A stretch of 64,000 nt of DNA from Candidatus Woesebacteria bacterium RBG_16_42_24 (GCA_001792115.1 MGFX01000006.1:146537-210536), one strand, 5' to 3'. Counted from the stretch's first letter, positions 27,906 to 38,464 are shown. The notes: generated by a model from the sequence alone, not told the origin. Translations and numbers: made by a program.

Positions 27906-28919
27906 ATGAGTGTTGGACTCGATATTGGCTCCAAAACAATCAAAATTGTCGAGCTAGCAAGGGACGCTAGCGGTTTTAAATTGCGTGGTTCGGGTGTAAT
28001 TGGCTATTCAGGCAATCCGCCAGAGCACGCTCAAGACGATAAGGAACTTGGTAGCCTTGCAACCGCTATTAAAAAACTGCATAGAGAGGCCAATATTTCC
28101 TCAAGAGAAATCGCCGTAGCACTTCCCGAACCGCAAGTTTTTACCCGGGCAATAAAATTTCCACCTTTAAATGACCAGGAGGTAGCTTCTGCGGTTAAAT
28201 GGGAGGCCGAACAATATATTCCCATTCCAGTGTCTGAAGCCGTAATTCAGCACCAGATACTGGAAAGAAGAGAAGCCGAGTCTCCCCCTGAAGTTTTGGT
28301 TCTATTGGTAGCCGCTCCGAAGGCGCTCATTGAGAAGTACATCAGAGTAATTGAATTGGCTGGGTTAAATGTGGTTGCGGTTGAAACCGAACTCATGGCA
28401 TTGGTGCGCGCACTCGCTCCACCAGATCAGACTGTGTTACTCGTTGATTTTGGTGCTCGCTCCACAGATATCGCTATAGCTAAAAATGGCCAACTTGCGT
28501 TCACCCGTTCAATTCCCACAGCGGGAGAAGCTTTCACCAGGGCCGTCGCACAGTCACTTGGAGTTCAGGTCGCCCAAGCAGAAGAATATAAAAGAGCCTA
28601 TGGGTTTTCGGAATCACAACTCGAGGGTAAAATTAAGAGCGCCCTCGATCCTGTATTTACAATAATTAATGAGGAAATTAAAAAAGCAATCCACTTCTAT
28701 CAAGCTGAGGAGAAGGGCGAGACTCCAAAGTCAGTAATCGTTTCGGGTGGAAGTTCGGGACTACCGGAAATGATTGGGGCAATGACCAGATCCCTCAATC
28801 TTGAGGTTGTAATCGGAAATCCCTTTGCAAAGGTGCTAGTTGACCCTGCGGTTGCAAAAACGGTAGCTCCTTATGCTCCGCTTTACCCTATTTCAGTAGG
28901 ACTGGCAATGAGGAGATAG
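27906..28919 (+). CDS. pilM: type IV pilus assembly protein PilM
   Basis: GLDIGSKTIK, EAEQYIP, VDFGA, SGGSS, GLAMR. Confidence 0.95.
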   Translation: MSVGLDIGSKTIKIVELARDASGFKLRGSGVIGYSGNPPEHAQDDKELGSLATAIKKLHREANISSREIAVALPEPQVFTRAIKFPPLNDQEVASAVKWEAEQYIPIPVSEAVIQHQILERREAESPPEVLVLLVAAPKALIEKYIRVIELAGLNVVAVETELMALVRALAPPDQTVLLVDFGARSTDIAIAKNGQLAFTRSIPTAGEAFTRAVAQSLGVQVAQAEEYKRAYGFSESQLEGKIKSALDPVFTIINEEIKKAIHFYQAEEKGETPKSVIVSGGSSGLPEMIGAMTRSLNLEVVIGNPFAKVLVDPAVAKTVAPYAPLYPISVGLAMRR

Positions 28920-28922
28920 GCT

Positions 28923-29450
28923 ATGGTCCAAATTAACTTGCTGCCCACCGATTTAGCCCCAAGGCCGTCGGTAATAAGAGTTTCGGGTATTGTCAAAAGG
29001 ATTTTGGTTGTGGGATTTATTATTTTTATTTTGGCGGGGGCAATAGCGGCAGCTTTATATTTGTTTTATTCAAGAGAGCTTTCGGACTCGAAGGCAAAAG
29101 TCAGTGAACTTAAAACAAACATTAAAGCCCTTGAGGTGACAGAGACAAGACTCATTTTGGTTCGGGATAGATTAGAAAAAGCCGGGCTCATTTTGGGGGC
29201 GGAGAGTTCGATGGACGAGGTGGAGTCAGCTGCAAAATTGGTTACAAATTTCCCGCAGGGAGTAATCCTCTCTGACGCAAAATTTCAAAAGGAAACCTCT
29301 GATCTTACGTTAAATTCTCCAAATACAACGGTCCTTAGAGAACTTTTTAAAGTTCTTACGGGAAGCAGTTTATATAAAAACATCGACATGACCTCATTCT
29401 CTTTCTCACCACAAGGAGGTTTTGACATTAAAATCCAACTTATTAAATGA
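28923..29450 (+). CDS. pilN: PilN-like protein
   Basis: INLLP N-terminal motif, TM helix, coiled coil, position after pilM. Confidence 0.8.
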   Translation: MVQINLLPTDLAPRPSVIRVSGIVKRILVVGFIIFILAGAIAAALYLFYSRELSDSKAKVSELKTNIKALEVTETRLILVRDRLEKAGLILGAESSMDEVESAAKLVTNFPQGVILSDAKFQKETSDLTLNSPNTTVLRELFKVLTGSSLYKNIDMTSFSFSPQGGFDIKIQLIK

Positions 29451-30136
29451 AAATATTTGATCCCGGAAGTATTCTGACAAATGTGAGGGTCCTGATCGGA
29501 CCGACAGCTTTCTTAGGGGCTTTGGTGATTCTTTCAGTTATTGCCCTTAGGGTCGGAGTTTCCCGGGTCGTTTTTCTGCGAACCCAAGTAGCAGAATCCA
29601 AAAATGAAGAAAGACACTTAACCGAGAAGCTCGAAGTTCTTAAGTCTTCTGAGGCAAGTGCCCTACCCCTTGCGGACTTAAGCCTAATTGCAGTGCCTTC
29701 CGATAATCCTGCACTTACAATAATTTCCCAGGTAAAAGCTTTAGCGAGTCAGAAAGGTATTGCTATCACGTCTTTCGAGGCTAAACAGGCTTCTAGCGTA
29801 GAAGAGGATATTTCTAAAACGGAAATTGAACTGGTTCTTGCCGGCGAAATGCGTTCCTTATTAGACTTTTTACAGGCCCTCAAAACTATTTCTCCGCTTG
29901 TAACTTTAGATCAAACGACACTTCGTCAGGAATCAGGGGCAGCAAGAGTAGACGTACTTCTTTTGGGCAATTTTGCTTCCCTGCCGCAAACGCTTCCTTC
30001 GCTATCGTCTCCCTTTAATGAGCTAACCGCCGAGGAAAAGGATATTTTGGCGAAGATTTCGTCTTACTCTCAGCCCCAATTTACCGAGGTTTTACCGTCC
30101 GGGCCTTACGAGAGAACGGACCTCTTTAATTTCTAA
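29447..30136 (+). CDS. PilO-like protein
   Basis: TM + coiled coil, position after pilN. Confidence 0.65.
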   Translation: MKIFDPGSILTNVRVLIGPTAFLGALVILSVIALRVGVSRVVFLRTQVAESKNEERHLTEKLEVLKSSEASALPLADLSLIAVPSDNPALTIISQVKALASQKGIAITSFEAKQASSVEEDISKTEIELVLAGEMRSLLDFLQALKTISPLVTLDQTTLRQESGAARVDVLLLGNFASLPQTLPSLSSPFNELTAEEKDILAKISSYSQPQFTEVLPSGPYERTDLFNF

Positions 30137-30366
30137 TCCAGTTCTTCTATCAAGAGGTTAATAGACTTTTTTTCAAGAGTTGCCCTTACCTTAACAAGAT
30201 TTCTTATTGTTTTTATTGTTTTGCCTTCCTTGCCGATTATAAGGCCCATATATTCGGGTTTGGCTCGTATTGTAAAAACAATGAGTGAGTCCTCATTTTT
30301 TTCATCGACCTCAAAATCCTCGTTTCCGGTAATATTTTTTACCAAATAAGAGATTAAATCTTTCAT
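30133..30366 (-). CDS. khpA: KH-domain RNA-binding protein KhpA
   Basis: MGLIIGKEGKTIKTIR; directly downstream of rpsP. Confidence 0.85.
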   Translation of the reverse strand: MKDLISYLVKNITGNEDFEVDEKNEDSLIVFTIRAKPEYMGLIIGKEGKTIKTIRNLVKVRATLEKKSINLLIEELD

Positions 30367-30593
30367 TTGTGTAATTGAGAAATAAGAGCAGTCACCCCTT
30401 TTGAGAGCTTAGCCCCTTGAGCTTGCCAACTTTTTACTTTTGTAGTATCAATTTTTTTGTAGTCCTTAGAGGGTTGCCAAAATCCCAGAATATCCAAATT
30501 TTTGCCGCCCTTTTTGACTTTTTTGTCGACCACTACAATACGATAAAAGGTCTTTCGTCTGACTCCTACCCGATGTAATTTTATTACCAACAT
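30363..30593 (-). CDS. rpsP: 30S ribosomal protein S16
   Basis: IKLHRVG...FYRIVV, LGFWQP, GAKLS. Confidence 0.9.
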   Translation of the reverse strand: MLVIKLHRVGVRRKTFYRIVVVDKKVKKGGKNLDILGFWQPSKDYKKIDTTKVKSWQAQGAKLSKGVTALISQLHK

Positions 30594-30624
30594 AGTAAAA
30601 GATTGTACCTATTTTTCGGCTAAT

Positions 30625-31293
30625 TTACAAGAGAGATTTTAGGGCCATCTCGGCAGCCTTCTGTTCGGCCTCGCTTTTATTTTTACCCTGCCCACTAGCT
30701 AACGCTTGATTCTCAACTACCACTTCAACTATAAAGCTCTTGGCGTGGTCGGGTCCCGATTCATGGGTAACTACGTATCTTGGAGCAGGTTTGCCCTTAG
30801 CCTGAATCAATTCTTGTAGTCTACTTTTTGCGTCTTTCAAGTCGTGTTTCGCCTTTTCTGAAATTTGGGAGAAAAGATGTAACTTAAGAAATTGATAAAC
30901 CTTGATGACTCCTTGGTCGATGTATAAAGCTCCAATTATTGCCTCAACTGTATCCGCAAGGAGCGAGGAATTTTCCCGACCACCCCCCTCTTCCTCCCCC
31001 TTAGAAAGGTAGAGTTTCGCTCCAACTTTTAGTTTTTCGGCAATTCCGGCCAAATTTTGGGTATTTACCAGGTTTGCGCGAAGTGCGGTTAAATACCCTT
31101 CGGGTTTATCGGGATATCGCTCGTAAATCTCTTTTGAGACTAAAAATTCTAAGATTGCGTCTCCCAAGAATTCTAGGCGTTCATTTGAACCTCGAACTTT
31201 TGGGTTTTCGTTGACCCAAGAACGATGTGTCAAGGCTTGAGTCAAGAGCTCTCGGTTAGCAAATAAAGAGCTTAACTCATCCAGGTTTTTCAT
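30625..31293 (-). CDS. rnc: ribonuclease III
   Basis: ALTHRS, NERLEFLGDAIL, ADTVEAIIGA, dsRBD KSRLQE..GPDHAK; ATG 31293 preferred. Confidence 0.95.
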   Translation of the reverse strand: MKNLDELSSLFANRELLTQALTHRSWVNENPKVRGSNERLEFLGDAILEFLVSKEIYERYPDKPEGYLTALRANLVNTQNLAGIAEKLKVGAKLYLSKGEEEGGGRENSSLLADTVEAIIGALYIDQGVIKVYQFLKLHLFSQISEKAKHDLKDAKSRLQELIQAKGKPAPRYVVTHESGPDHAKSFIVEVVVENQALASGQGKNKSEAEQKAAEMALKSLL

Positions 31294-31294
31294 T

Positions 31295-31543
31295 TTATTT
31301 GATTTCTTCGTGAGAGGAGAGAGCTTCAATTAAATCCCCTACGGTTTCTAGTTCGGTAAAATCAAGATGAGTAGTATTAAATCCTTCTTTTTCCAGCAAA
31401 TGGGTGAAATCTGTCAAATCTGTAGGAGTCATATGCAGGTCTTCGCTAAAAAAATCCTCTTCGTCTATATCCTCTGGCTCAACTCCTATATGGGAAGACA
31501 AGAGTTCCTTAATTTTGGTTTTACTGTCGGATACCTCATCCAT
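31295..31543 (-). CDS. acyl-carrier-protein-like protein lacking canonical Ser
   Basis: IKELLSSHIGVEPEDI..F.EDL...TVGDLI ACP pattern, acidic, between nusB and rnc. Confidence 0.7.
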   Translation of the reverse strand: MDEVSDSKTKIKELLSSHIGVEPEDIDEEDFFSEDLHMTPTDLTDFTHLLEKEGFNTTHLDFTELETVGDLIEALSSHEEIK

Positions 31544-31910
31544 CGGATTTTTTCTCCTTTTCAATATTAGAATAAATAGTACCCAATACGCCATTTACGA
31601 ATGCGGCCGAGGATTCAGCGCCGAACTCCTTGGCCAGCTCAACCGCTTCGTCAATTACCACTTTTGGAGGCGTATTTTCGTTTTCCATTTCATAGATTGC
31701 GAGTCTTAAAATTGCCAGGTCGATTCGATTTAACTTGTCGACCGGCCAAGCAGTTGCGGCTTTCTCGATCTTATTATCAATTTTTGGAAGTTTTGCGACG
31801 ACGTTCTTGGCCATTTGATTTAAATTTGGCTGGTGAGTAAAGTCTTCTGCAAAAAGATATTTAAGCGTCTCTCTTCTTTTGAGGTGGCGGGGGTCGAAGG
31901 CAGTCTTCAT
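31536..31910 (-). CDS. nusB: transcription antitermination factor NusB
   Basis: IDLAILRLAIYE, VVIDEAVELAKEFG, FVNGVLG. Confidence 0.95.
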   Translation of the reverse strand: MKTAFDPRHLKRRETLKYLFAEDFTHQPNLNQMAKNVVAKLPKIDNKIEKAATAWPVDKLNRIDLAILRLAIYEMENENTPPKVVIDEAVELAKEFGAESSAAFVNGVLGTIYSNIEKEKKSDG

Positions 31911-32062
31911 TTATAGAATCCACAGTATGGGCAAGCCCTGTGAGGCTCTTTAAGTTTTTTACAGTTTGGACAGGGTGTTAGATTTGGGAGCCTAAAGACT
32001 TTTTTACCTTGCCTTCTTCCGGACCTACCCTTCGTACTTTTCTTTTTTGGTACTGGTGCCAT
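31907..32062 (-). CDS. rpmF: 50S ribosomal protein L32
   Basis: MAPVPKKKS, CPNC...PHRACPYCGFYK. Confidence 0.95.
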   Translation of the reverse strand: MAPVPKKKSTKGRSGRRQGKKVFRLPNLTPCPNCKKLKEPHRACPYCGFYK

Positions 32063-32125
32063 ATTTATCTCTAGTAACTCACGCACAATTTTAACCGAAG
32101 GCAACCATACTTGGCAACCACCAGA

Positions 32126-34147
32126 TTAGTTTGGGGCGATTCCTTTGTCTTTTAGCATTTTAGTTAGTTCTGGATAATCGTTGGGGTTTTGAGAGATAGC
32201 AAGGGCAACCTCTTTTGCCTTTTTAATGAGTTTGCTATCTTGCCAAGAAGCTATTTTTAGGTTAAGAAAACCACTTTGTTTTACCCCAAAGACTTCACCC
32301 GGGCCACGAAGTTTAAGATCCAACTCCGCCAGTTCAAAACCGGATAAAGGTCTAGTCAATGCATTTAGGCGTGTTGCGACGTTTCTTCCCGTATTTTGGG
32401 CAAAAATTAGACAATAAGACTTTTGAAAGCTTCTGCCGACCCTACCACGTAGCTGATGAAGTTGAGCCAACCCAAATCGCTCTGCTCCTTCTATGACCAT
32501 AACAGCCGCGTTTGGAATGTCTATTCCAACTTCAACAACAGGGGTTGCAACCAATACTTGTGTAAAGTTTCTGGTAAAATTTTCTATAGCCAGATTCTTA
32601 TCCTTAAGAGACATTTTGCCGTGAATTAAGCCCAATTTGACTTTGGGCATTAATTTTTGAAGGTTATCAAACTCCTTGGTCGCTGCCTTAACTTGGACAA
32701 AAGTTTCGACTTGCGATTCTTCAATTAGGGGGCAAATAACAAAAGCTTGTACTTTATCTTTTAGAATCTTTTCTTCCATCCATCCATAAGCAGCTTCGCG
32801 CTTTTTGAGCGGAACAATCCAGGTGGTTATTTTTTTGCGTCCGATTGGTAATTCACGCAAGGCGCTTAAATCAAGGTCTCCATAAACAGTCAGGGCGACG
32901 GTTCGTGGAATGGGTGTAGCAGTCATGGTGAGAACATGAGGCGAGATTTTTCTACTCCCAACCTTTCGGATTAAATGTGCTCTTTGCTCGACGCCGAACC
33001 TATGTTGTTCATCAATTACAACTAAGGCGACCTTGTCAAAATCAACTTTTCGGTGAATTAAAGCATGTGTGCCAACGAAAACGTCTGTTTTACCAATGTC
33101 TTTTTTAATTCCTTCGGATGTAACCAACGTAACCCTGACTTTATAGGGAGAGAATAACTTACTTAGTGTTTCGTAATGTTGTTGAGCAAGAATTTGAGTC
33201 GGAGCCATAAAAACAGACTGATAGCCGTTTGAGAAAGAAACAAATGATGCCAAAGCCGCGACCACGGTTTTGCCGCTCCCGACATCTCCCTCAAGAATCC
33301 TATTCATGGGAAAGTCGTTTGTAAGATCCTGTAAAATCTCTTCAGTTGCTTTAGTTTGCGAGGATGTGAGAGTAAAAGGTAGCGAGCTTGCGAATGCCTC
33401 CACTTCTTTTTGATCGACAATTAGTTTATATGCAGCTTCGTTTTTTAACCATTCCTCTTTACGATAAAGACTCGAAAGTTGAAGAAAAAGTAATTCGTTA
33501 AAGGAAAGTCGGAGCTTTCCTTTTTGAGCATCCTCCAAACTTTTGGGGAAATGAACCGCTTCAATCGATTGAGCTAAAGAAAGAAAACCAAAGGAATTAA
33601 GAAGTTTCTGGGGCAAAAATTCTTCAAATCCTTGTTTTATAAGAGGGTAAGCTAGCGCAATCTTTGTTCGTAACCATTTTGACGAGACTCCAGCAGTTTC
33701 GTGATAAATGGGGATGAGTCTTCCGGTATGAACTCCGGGAGCGGTCTTTGCAATCTCATATTCTGGAGAGATTAAGGTCTTTTTCCTTGAAAACCACCCT
33801 ATTTTCCCGGCCAGAAGAACCATTGTTCCTTCAGGCAGATTCTTAACTAAAAAGGGTTGGTTGAACCAGACAACATCAATTGTCCCCGTCCTATCCTGGA
33901 CTTTAGCCAATTGAAGCTTCCTGCCCCATTTGGTGTAGATATTTTTGATTGAAATTATTTCGCCTCCGACTGTGGCCAGCTCATCGGGGATGAGAGATGA
34001 AATTTTCTTTGTGTTTCTAAAGTCTAAATATCTAAAAGGCACATGCAGGAGAAGATCCTCGATTGTGAATATCTCGAGCTTTTCTAAGCGTCTAGTGTAT
34101 GCAGGGCCGACTGAAGGTAACGAAATAATCGCTGACGTAAGTTTCAT
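32126..34147 (-). CDS. recG: ATP-dependent DNA helicase RecG
   Basis: GDVGSGKT, IDEQHRFG, MTATPIPRT, QLHQLRGRVGR, RGPGE. Confidence 0.95.
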   Translation of the reverse strand: MKLTSAIISLPSVGPAYTRRLEKLEIFTIEDLLLHVPFRYLDFRNTKKISSLIPDELATVGGEIISIKNIYTKWGRKLQLAKVQDRTGTIDVVWFNQPFLVKNLPEGTMVLLAGKIGWFSRKKTLISPEYEIAKTAPGVHTGRLIPIYHETAGVSSKWLRTKIALAYPLIKQGFEEFLPQKLLNSFGFLSLAQSIEAVHFPKSLEDAQKGKLRLSFNELLFLQLSSLYRKEEWLKNEAAYKLIVDQKEVEAFASSLPFTLTSSQTKATEEILQDLTNDFPMNRILEGDVGSGKTVVAALASFVSFSNGYQSVFMAPTQILAQQHYETLSKLFSPYKVRVTLVTSEGIKKDIGKTDVFVGTHALIHRKVDFDKVALVVIDEQHRFGVEQRAHLIRKVGSRKISPHVLTMTATPIPRTVALTVYGDLDLSALRELPIGRKKITTWIVPLKKREAAYGWMEEKILKDKVQAFVICPLIEESQVETFVQVKAATKEFDNLQKLMPKVKLGLIHGKMSLKDKNLAIENFTRNFTQVLVATPVVEVGIDIPNAAVMVIEGAERFGLAQLHQLRGRVGRSFQKSYCLIFAQNTGRNVATRLNALTRPLSGFELAELDLKLRGPGEVFGVKQSGFLNLKIASWQDSKLIKKAKEVALAISQNPNDYPELTKMLKDKGIAPN

Positions 34148-34171
34148 TATTTAGAACAATGATACTACAAT

Positions 34172-34276
34172 CTAGAAAGCGCTTAAGAAGGGAATAATCG
34201 AGGTAAATATTAGAGCCAAGCTGGCTATAACCACCAAAATGACAAATAATTTCCTTTGTTTATTAGAAAGTAGCAT
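34172..34276 (-). CDS. small single-TM protein, 34 aa (below ORF-track cutoff)
   Basis: MLLSNKQRKLFVILVVIASLALIFTSIIPFLSAF; ATG abuts tyrS stop. Confidence 0.55.
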   Translation of the reverse strand: MLLSNKQRKLFVILVVIASLALIFTSIIPFLSAF

Positions 34277-35425
34277 TTATTTAACTTTAAGAAAATTTTT
34301 TTTGCCGACTTTGATTTCATCTCCAGATTTTGGTTTATAGTTAGTATCTTTTATCACTTTTCCACCAATTTCTACCGCCCCCGCGTCGATGAGCCTTTTT
34401 GCATCGCTAATACTTGCGAGAGAGGTATATGGCGCAATTGTTAAAGCCAGGGTACCCCTTGTATCAACTTCTGTATTATATTTTGGTTTTCTCTCTTGAA
34501 ATGTTGTTTCGAAATATTCTTGACTAGGTTCAACCGAGTCGTTGCCCCAAAGCATATCTACTATTTCCGAAGCAAGACGTTTTTTCTCTCCCATTGGATC
34601 TTTTCTTATTTTCTCTTCAAGACCCACTAAATCTTCTTCCGTAAGAAGCTCAAACCCGGGCAGAATTGTTTCGTCCGGGAAAGATAAGATACCTGCATAG
34701 AAATTTTCGGGAGTGGAATCCAAAAATAGTGCGTTTCCTGTTGTTTTCCCAACCTTATTCCCATCTTTATCTACGAGCAGTTTTGTCGCTAATACATATT
34801 TTTCTCTACCTTTGAAGGTTTTTAAAAGAGTTCTTCCCGCAAGCATGTTAAAAATTTGGTCAGATCCCCCAACTTCAAGGTCAACCTCCATTTCCAGAGA
34901 GTCGATTCCTTGGGCTATCGGGTAGAGAAACTCGCTCAAATAGATTGGCTCATTTTTCTTGAGTCTTAAGTCAAACATGTCCCTTTCTATCATCTGTTGC
35001 ACAGTGAAGTTTGAGGCTATATCTATGAGGTCTTTAAATGTCTTTTTGTCGTTCCATTCGGAGTTGTAGAGTATCTTTGCAGGATTTTCTCCTCCAAAAT
35101 CTAACACTTTCGAGATTTGTTCTTTCCATTTTTCGGTGTTTTTGATTACCTCTTCCCGATTTAGTTTTTTTCTTGCAATGAGCTTGTCGGAAGGGTCCCC
35201 AATCATTCCTGTGAAATCCCCGATAAGAAAAATTACCTCGTGGCCAAGTTTTTGGAATTGTCTAAGTTTAAATAGACCTACCAGGTTTCCCAGGTGGAGG
35301 GATGGCATAGAGGGGTCGAAACCTTGGTAGAGCTTGATTTTGCGAGAGGACATTAACTTAATAAGTCCATCCCGTGAAGGTAGAATTTCGGCAACTCCCC
35401 TGGTTAAAACTTGATCAATGTCCAT
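34277..35425 (-). CDS. tyrS: tyrosine--tRNA ligase
   Basis: YQGFDPS..SLHLGN, GGSDQ, KVGKT, C-terminal S4-like domain. Confidence 0.95.
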   Translation of the reverse strand: MDIDQVLTRGVAEILPSRDGLIKLMSSRKIKLYQGFDPSMPSLHLGNLVGLFKLRQFQKLGHEVIFLIGDFTGMIGDPSDKLIARKKLNREEVIKNTEKWKEQISKVLDFGGENPAKILYNSEWNDKKTFKDLIDIASNFTVQQMIERDMFDLRLKKNEPIYLSEFLYPIAQGIDSLEMEVDLEVGGSDQIFNMLAGRTLLKTFKGREKYVLATKLLVDKDGNKVGKTTGNALFLDSTPENFYAGILSFPDETILPGFELLTEEDLVGLEEKIRKDPMGEKKRLASEIVDMLWGNDSVEPSQEYFETTFQERKPKYNTEVDTRGTLALTIAPYTSLASISDAKRLIDAGAVEIGGKVIKDTNYKPKSGDEIKVGKKNFLKVK

Positions 35426-35465
35426 TTATACCTATTTTAGGCATACTTTGCTACAATGACAAGTA

Positions 35466-38039
35466 ATGTGGAGAGATAGGGTAAGAAAAAGAAGGCTATC
35501 CCGTATAAGTAGCCTGGGAGCCCTCAATAGCCGAAAAATATTAAAGATTGTCAAATTTGCCTTTTTGGGAGTGATTGGACTCTTTTTTGCGACCTTTTTG
35601 CTACTTCCCGTTTTTGCATTTAATTTGCCCTCCCCCGACCAAGTGGTCAGGCGGGAGGGATTTTCTACCAAGATTTTAGATAGAAACGGTGAGGTCCTCT
35701 ATGACATTTTCTTAGACCAAAGAAGAACATTGGTTCCCTTGGACGAAGTGCCGCTTTACATGAGACAAGCAACTATCGCAATTGAAGATAAAAACTTTTA
35801 CAAGCACCAGGGTTTTGATCCAACGGGATACTTGCGCGCAATCTACAATATCGTCGTCAATAGAAGGCTCCAAGGAGGCTCGACCCTTACCCAACAGCTG
35901 GTCAAAAATGTCCTCCTCTCTCCCGAAAGAACGATATTTAGAAAAGTGAGAGAATTCATTCTTGCTATCCAGATCGAGAGAAAATACACAAAAGACGAAA
36001 TTTTACAGATGTATCTTAATGAGGCTCCTTATGGAGGAACAGCTTGGGGGGTGGGGTCTGCCGCTGAAATTTACTTTGGTAAAAAAGTAAAAGACTTGAC
36101 GCTTATTGAATCAGCGGTTTTGGCCGGTATGCCCCAAAGACCCTCGGTTTACTCTCCCTATTCATCGACTCCCAATGCATATATGGGGCGCACGCAGGAA
36201 GTTTTAAGAAGAATGCGAGAGGATGGATATATCTCCAAAGACCAAGAGGAGTCTGCCAAACGTGAGCTTGATAATGTCAAGTTTCAAGAAAGAGGAGCCA
36301 GTTTCAAAGCTCCGCACTTTGTTCAATATGTACAGAAGGTTCTTTCTGAAAGGTATGGAGAAGTAGTGGTTGAACAAGGGGGGCTTAAAGTTACAACTAC
36401 TCTTGATTTAGAACTACAGGAAAAAGCCGAAGATATAATTAAGGAAGAAATTGATAAAGTCGAGAAGCAAAATATTACAAATGGCGCGGCAGTTGCACTA
36501 AATCCCGAAACAGGGGAAATTTTGGCTATGGTTGGGTCAAAAGATTTTAACGCCCCCGACTACGACGGTCAATTTAACACCGCGGTTCAAGCCCTCAGAC
36601 AACCGGGAAGTTCTATTAAACCTGTTACTTATGTAACCGCTCTTAAGGAGGGCTACACGGCTTCTACACTTTTAATGGACGTTGAGACTACTTTCCCCGG
36701 TGGAGAAGGCCAGCCTGATTATAAGCCAGTAAATTATGACGGAAAATTTCGAGGCCCTATGCAAGTACGCTTTGCCCTAGCCAATTCTATAAACATGGCT
36801 GCAGTTAAGATGCTCGCAATGGTTGGGATTGAGGATACGTTAGAGACCGCCTATGACCTAGGAATTTCGACTCTTGAACCTACAAAGGAAACTTTAAGCC
36901 GAGTTGGGCTTTCATTAACGCTTGGTGGGGGTGAGGTCAGGCTGTATGAGCTAACTAGCGCGTACGCAGCGTTTATGAACGGCGGATTTAGGGTCGACCC
37001 TGTGGCTATTCTCAAAGTAGAAGATTCTAAGGGTAAAGTGCTCGAGGAGATAAAGCCCAAAAAAGGAAAAAGAGTATTAAGTCCCGAGCAGGCTTTCGTT
37101 ATTGCCGATATTCTTTCTGATAATAATGCCCGTTCCGAAATTTTCGGGACAAATTCACTTCTTAACATTCCCGGTAAAACCGTGGCGGTTAAGACCGGAA
37201 CTACTAACGATAAACGCGACAACTGGACCATTGGAGGAAACTCGCAGGGCGTTGTAGGAACATGGGTCGGAAATAACGACTACTCCCCCATGCTACAAGT
37301 CGCATCCGGTGTTTCAGGCGCTTCTCCGATTTGGAGAAGGGTACTTCTGGAACTTTTGAAGGATAAGCCGGCAGTTAAATTTGAAATTCCCTCAGGTATA
37401 GTCACAGCTTCTGTAGATAGCATTTCTGGATACCGTGCTCACGACGGGTATGCTTCAAGGAGCGAATATTTTATTAAGGGTACAGAACCCGGCGAGGATT
37501 CGGTGCATGTCAAATTAAAAGTTTGTAAATCAGACGGAAAATTGGCGACACCCAGCGATATTGCCAGTGGAAACTTTGAGGAAAAAGAGTTTTTCGTTTT
37601 CAAGGAAGAGGATCCTTTCGCCGGCCCCGGCGAACCTAATCGTTGGCAGGAAGGAATATTGGCCTGGTTGAGTACTCAGGGGGATTCACGCTACCATCCT
37701 CCAGGAGATTACTGCGGCACGTCAACTCCAGTAAACGTGGAGTTTGATACTCCGGCTGACCATACTTCGGGCTTACCCAACACCTTTAAGGTCAAGGTTA
37801 GAGCCGATTCCACTTCTGATATTGTCCTGATCGAGCTTGAAGTGGACGGAACCAAAATTAGGACTTTTACGGGGCCGCCATATGAGCAGGATGTGACGCT
37901 TTCCGATGGAGTTCATACAATCAGGGCTAAGGCCAGAGACGCCAACGGCAAGGAATCTGATAGAAGTATTACAATTGGAGTAAATGTTGCTTGGGACTAC
38001 TCCCCTTCTCCTACTCCAAGCCCTACACCAACCCCTTGA
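35466..38039 (+). CDS. class A penicillin-binding protein (PBP1A family) with C-terminal Ig-like domain
   Basis: EDKNFYKH, QGGSTLTQQLVKN, RKVRE; SSIK, SIN, KTGT. Confidence 0.95.
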   Translation: MWRDRVRKRRLSRISSLGALNSRKILKIVKFAFLGVIGLFFATFLLLPVFAFNLPSPDQVVRREGFSTKILDRNGEVLYDIFLDQRRTLVPLDEVPLYMRQATIAIEDKNFYKHQGFDPTGYLRAIYNIVVNRRLQGGSTLTQQLVKNVLLSPERTIFRKVREFILAIQIERKYTKDEILQMYLNEAPYGGTAWGVGSAAEIYFGKKVKDLTLIESAVLAGMPQRPSVYSPYSSTPNAYMGRTQEVLRRMREDGYISKDQEESAKRELDNVKFQERGASFKAPHFVQYVQKVLSERYGEVVVEQGGLKVTTTLDLELQEKAEDIIKEEIDKVEKQNITNGAAVALNPETGEILAMVGSKDFNAPDYDGQFNTAVQALRQPGSSIKPVTYVTALKEGYTASTLLMDVETTFPGGEGQPDYKPVNYDGKFRGPMQVRFALANSINMAAVKMLAMVGIEDTLETAYDLGISTLEPTKETLSRVGLSLTLGGGEVRLYELTSAYAAFMNGGFRVDPVAILKVEDSKGKVLEEIKPKKGKRVLSPEQAFVIADILSDNNARSEIFGTNSLLNIPGKTVAVKTGTTNDKRDNWTIGGNSQGVVGTWVGNNDYSPMLQVASGVSGASPIWRRVLLELLKDKPAVKFEIPSGIVTASVDSISGYRAHDGYASRSEYFIKGTEPGEDSVHVKLKVCKSDGKLATPSDIASGNFEEKEFFVFKEEDPFAGPGEPNRWQEGILAWLSTQGDSRYHPPGDYCGTSTPVNVEFDTPADHTSGLPNTFKVKVRADSTSDIVLIELEVDGTKIRTFTGPPYEQDVTLSDGVHTIRAKARDANGKESDRSITIGVNVAWDYSPSPTPSPTPTP

Positions 38040-38080
38040 CATTGGTATGGTATAATTTGCTAACCCGCCCACAAAAGAGG

Positions 38081-38464
38081 ATGGCAGTAAGAGAAAGAGA
38101 CTTTCAATATTGCACTCCGGAAGCCCTTCCTGAGAGTTGGGAGATTACCCGTGTCGAGATTCGAAGGGGCCACAAGACATATATTCCCACCAAAATCCGA
38201 AGAGACGGTAGCGGTCCTTACTCACATTTTGTGCTAGAAGAGATCCGTTGGCTTCATACGCGTATAGAAGCTCTTAGAGGAGGATCGACTGAATTAAACC
38301 AAGCTGAAACAATGTCTAATGAGGAACGCAGGAGGAGTTATATTAATGTAATAAATACGTTTTGTGGTCACGAGAATGCTACTATAGAATTTATTCCAAT
38401 TAAAGGCGGGAGTTTTAATTATCGGCTCGCTTTGAAAAATGGTAATGGTAACAACGGCCATTAA
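38081..38464 (+). CDS. hypothetical protein
   Basis: ATG 38081 after TGGTATAAT and AGAGG. Confidence 0.5.
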   Translation: MAVRERDFQYCTPEALPESWEITRVEIRRGHKTYIPTKIRRDGSGPYSHFVLEEIRWLHTRIEALRGGSTELNQAETMSNEERRRSYINVINTFCGHENATIEFIPIKGGSFNYRLALKNGNGNNGH

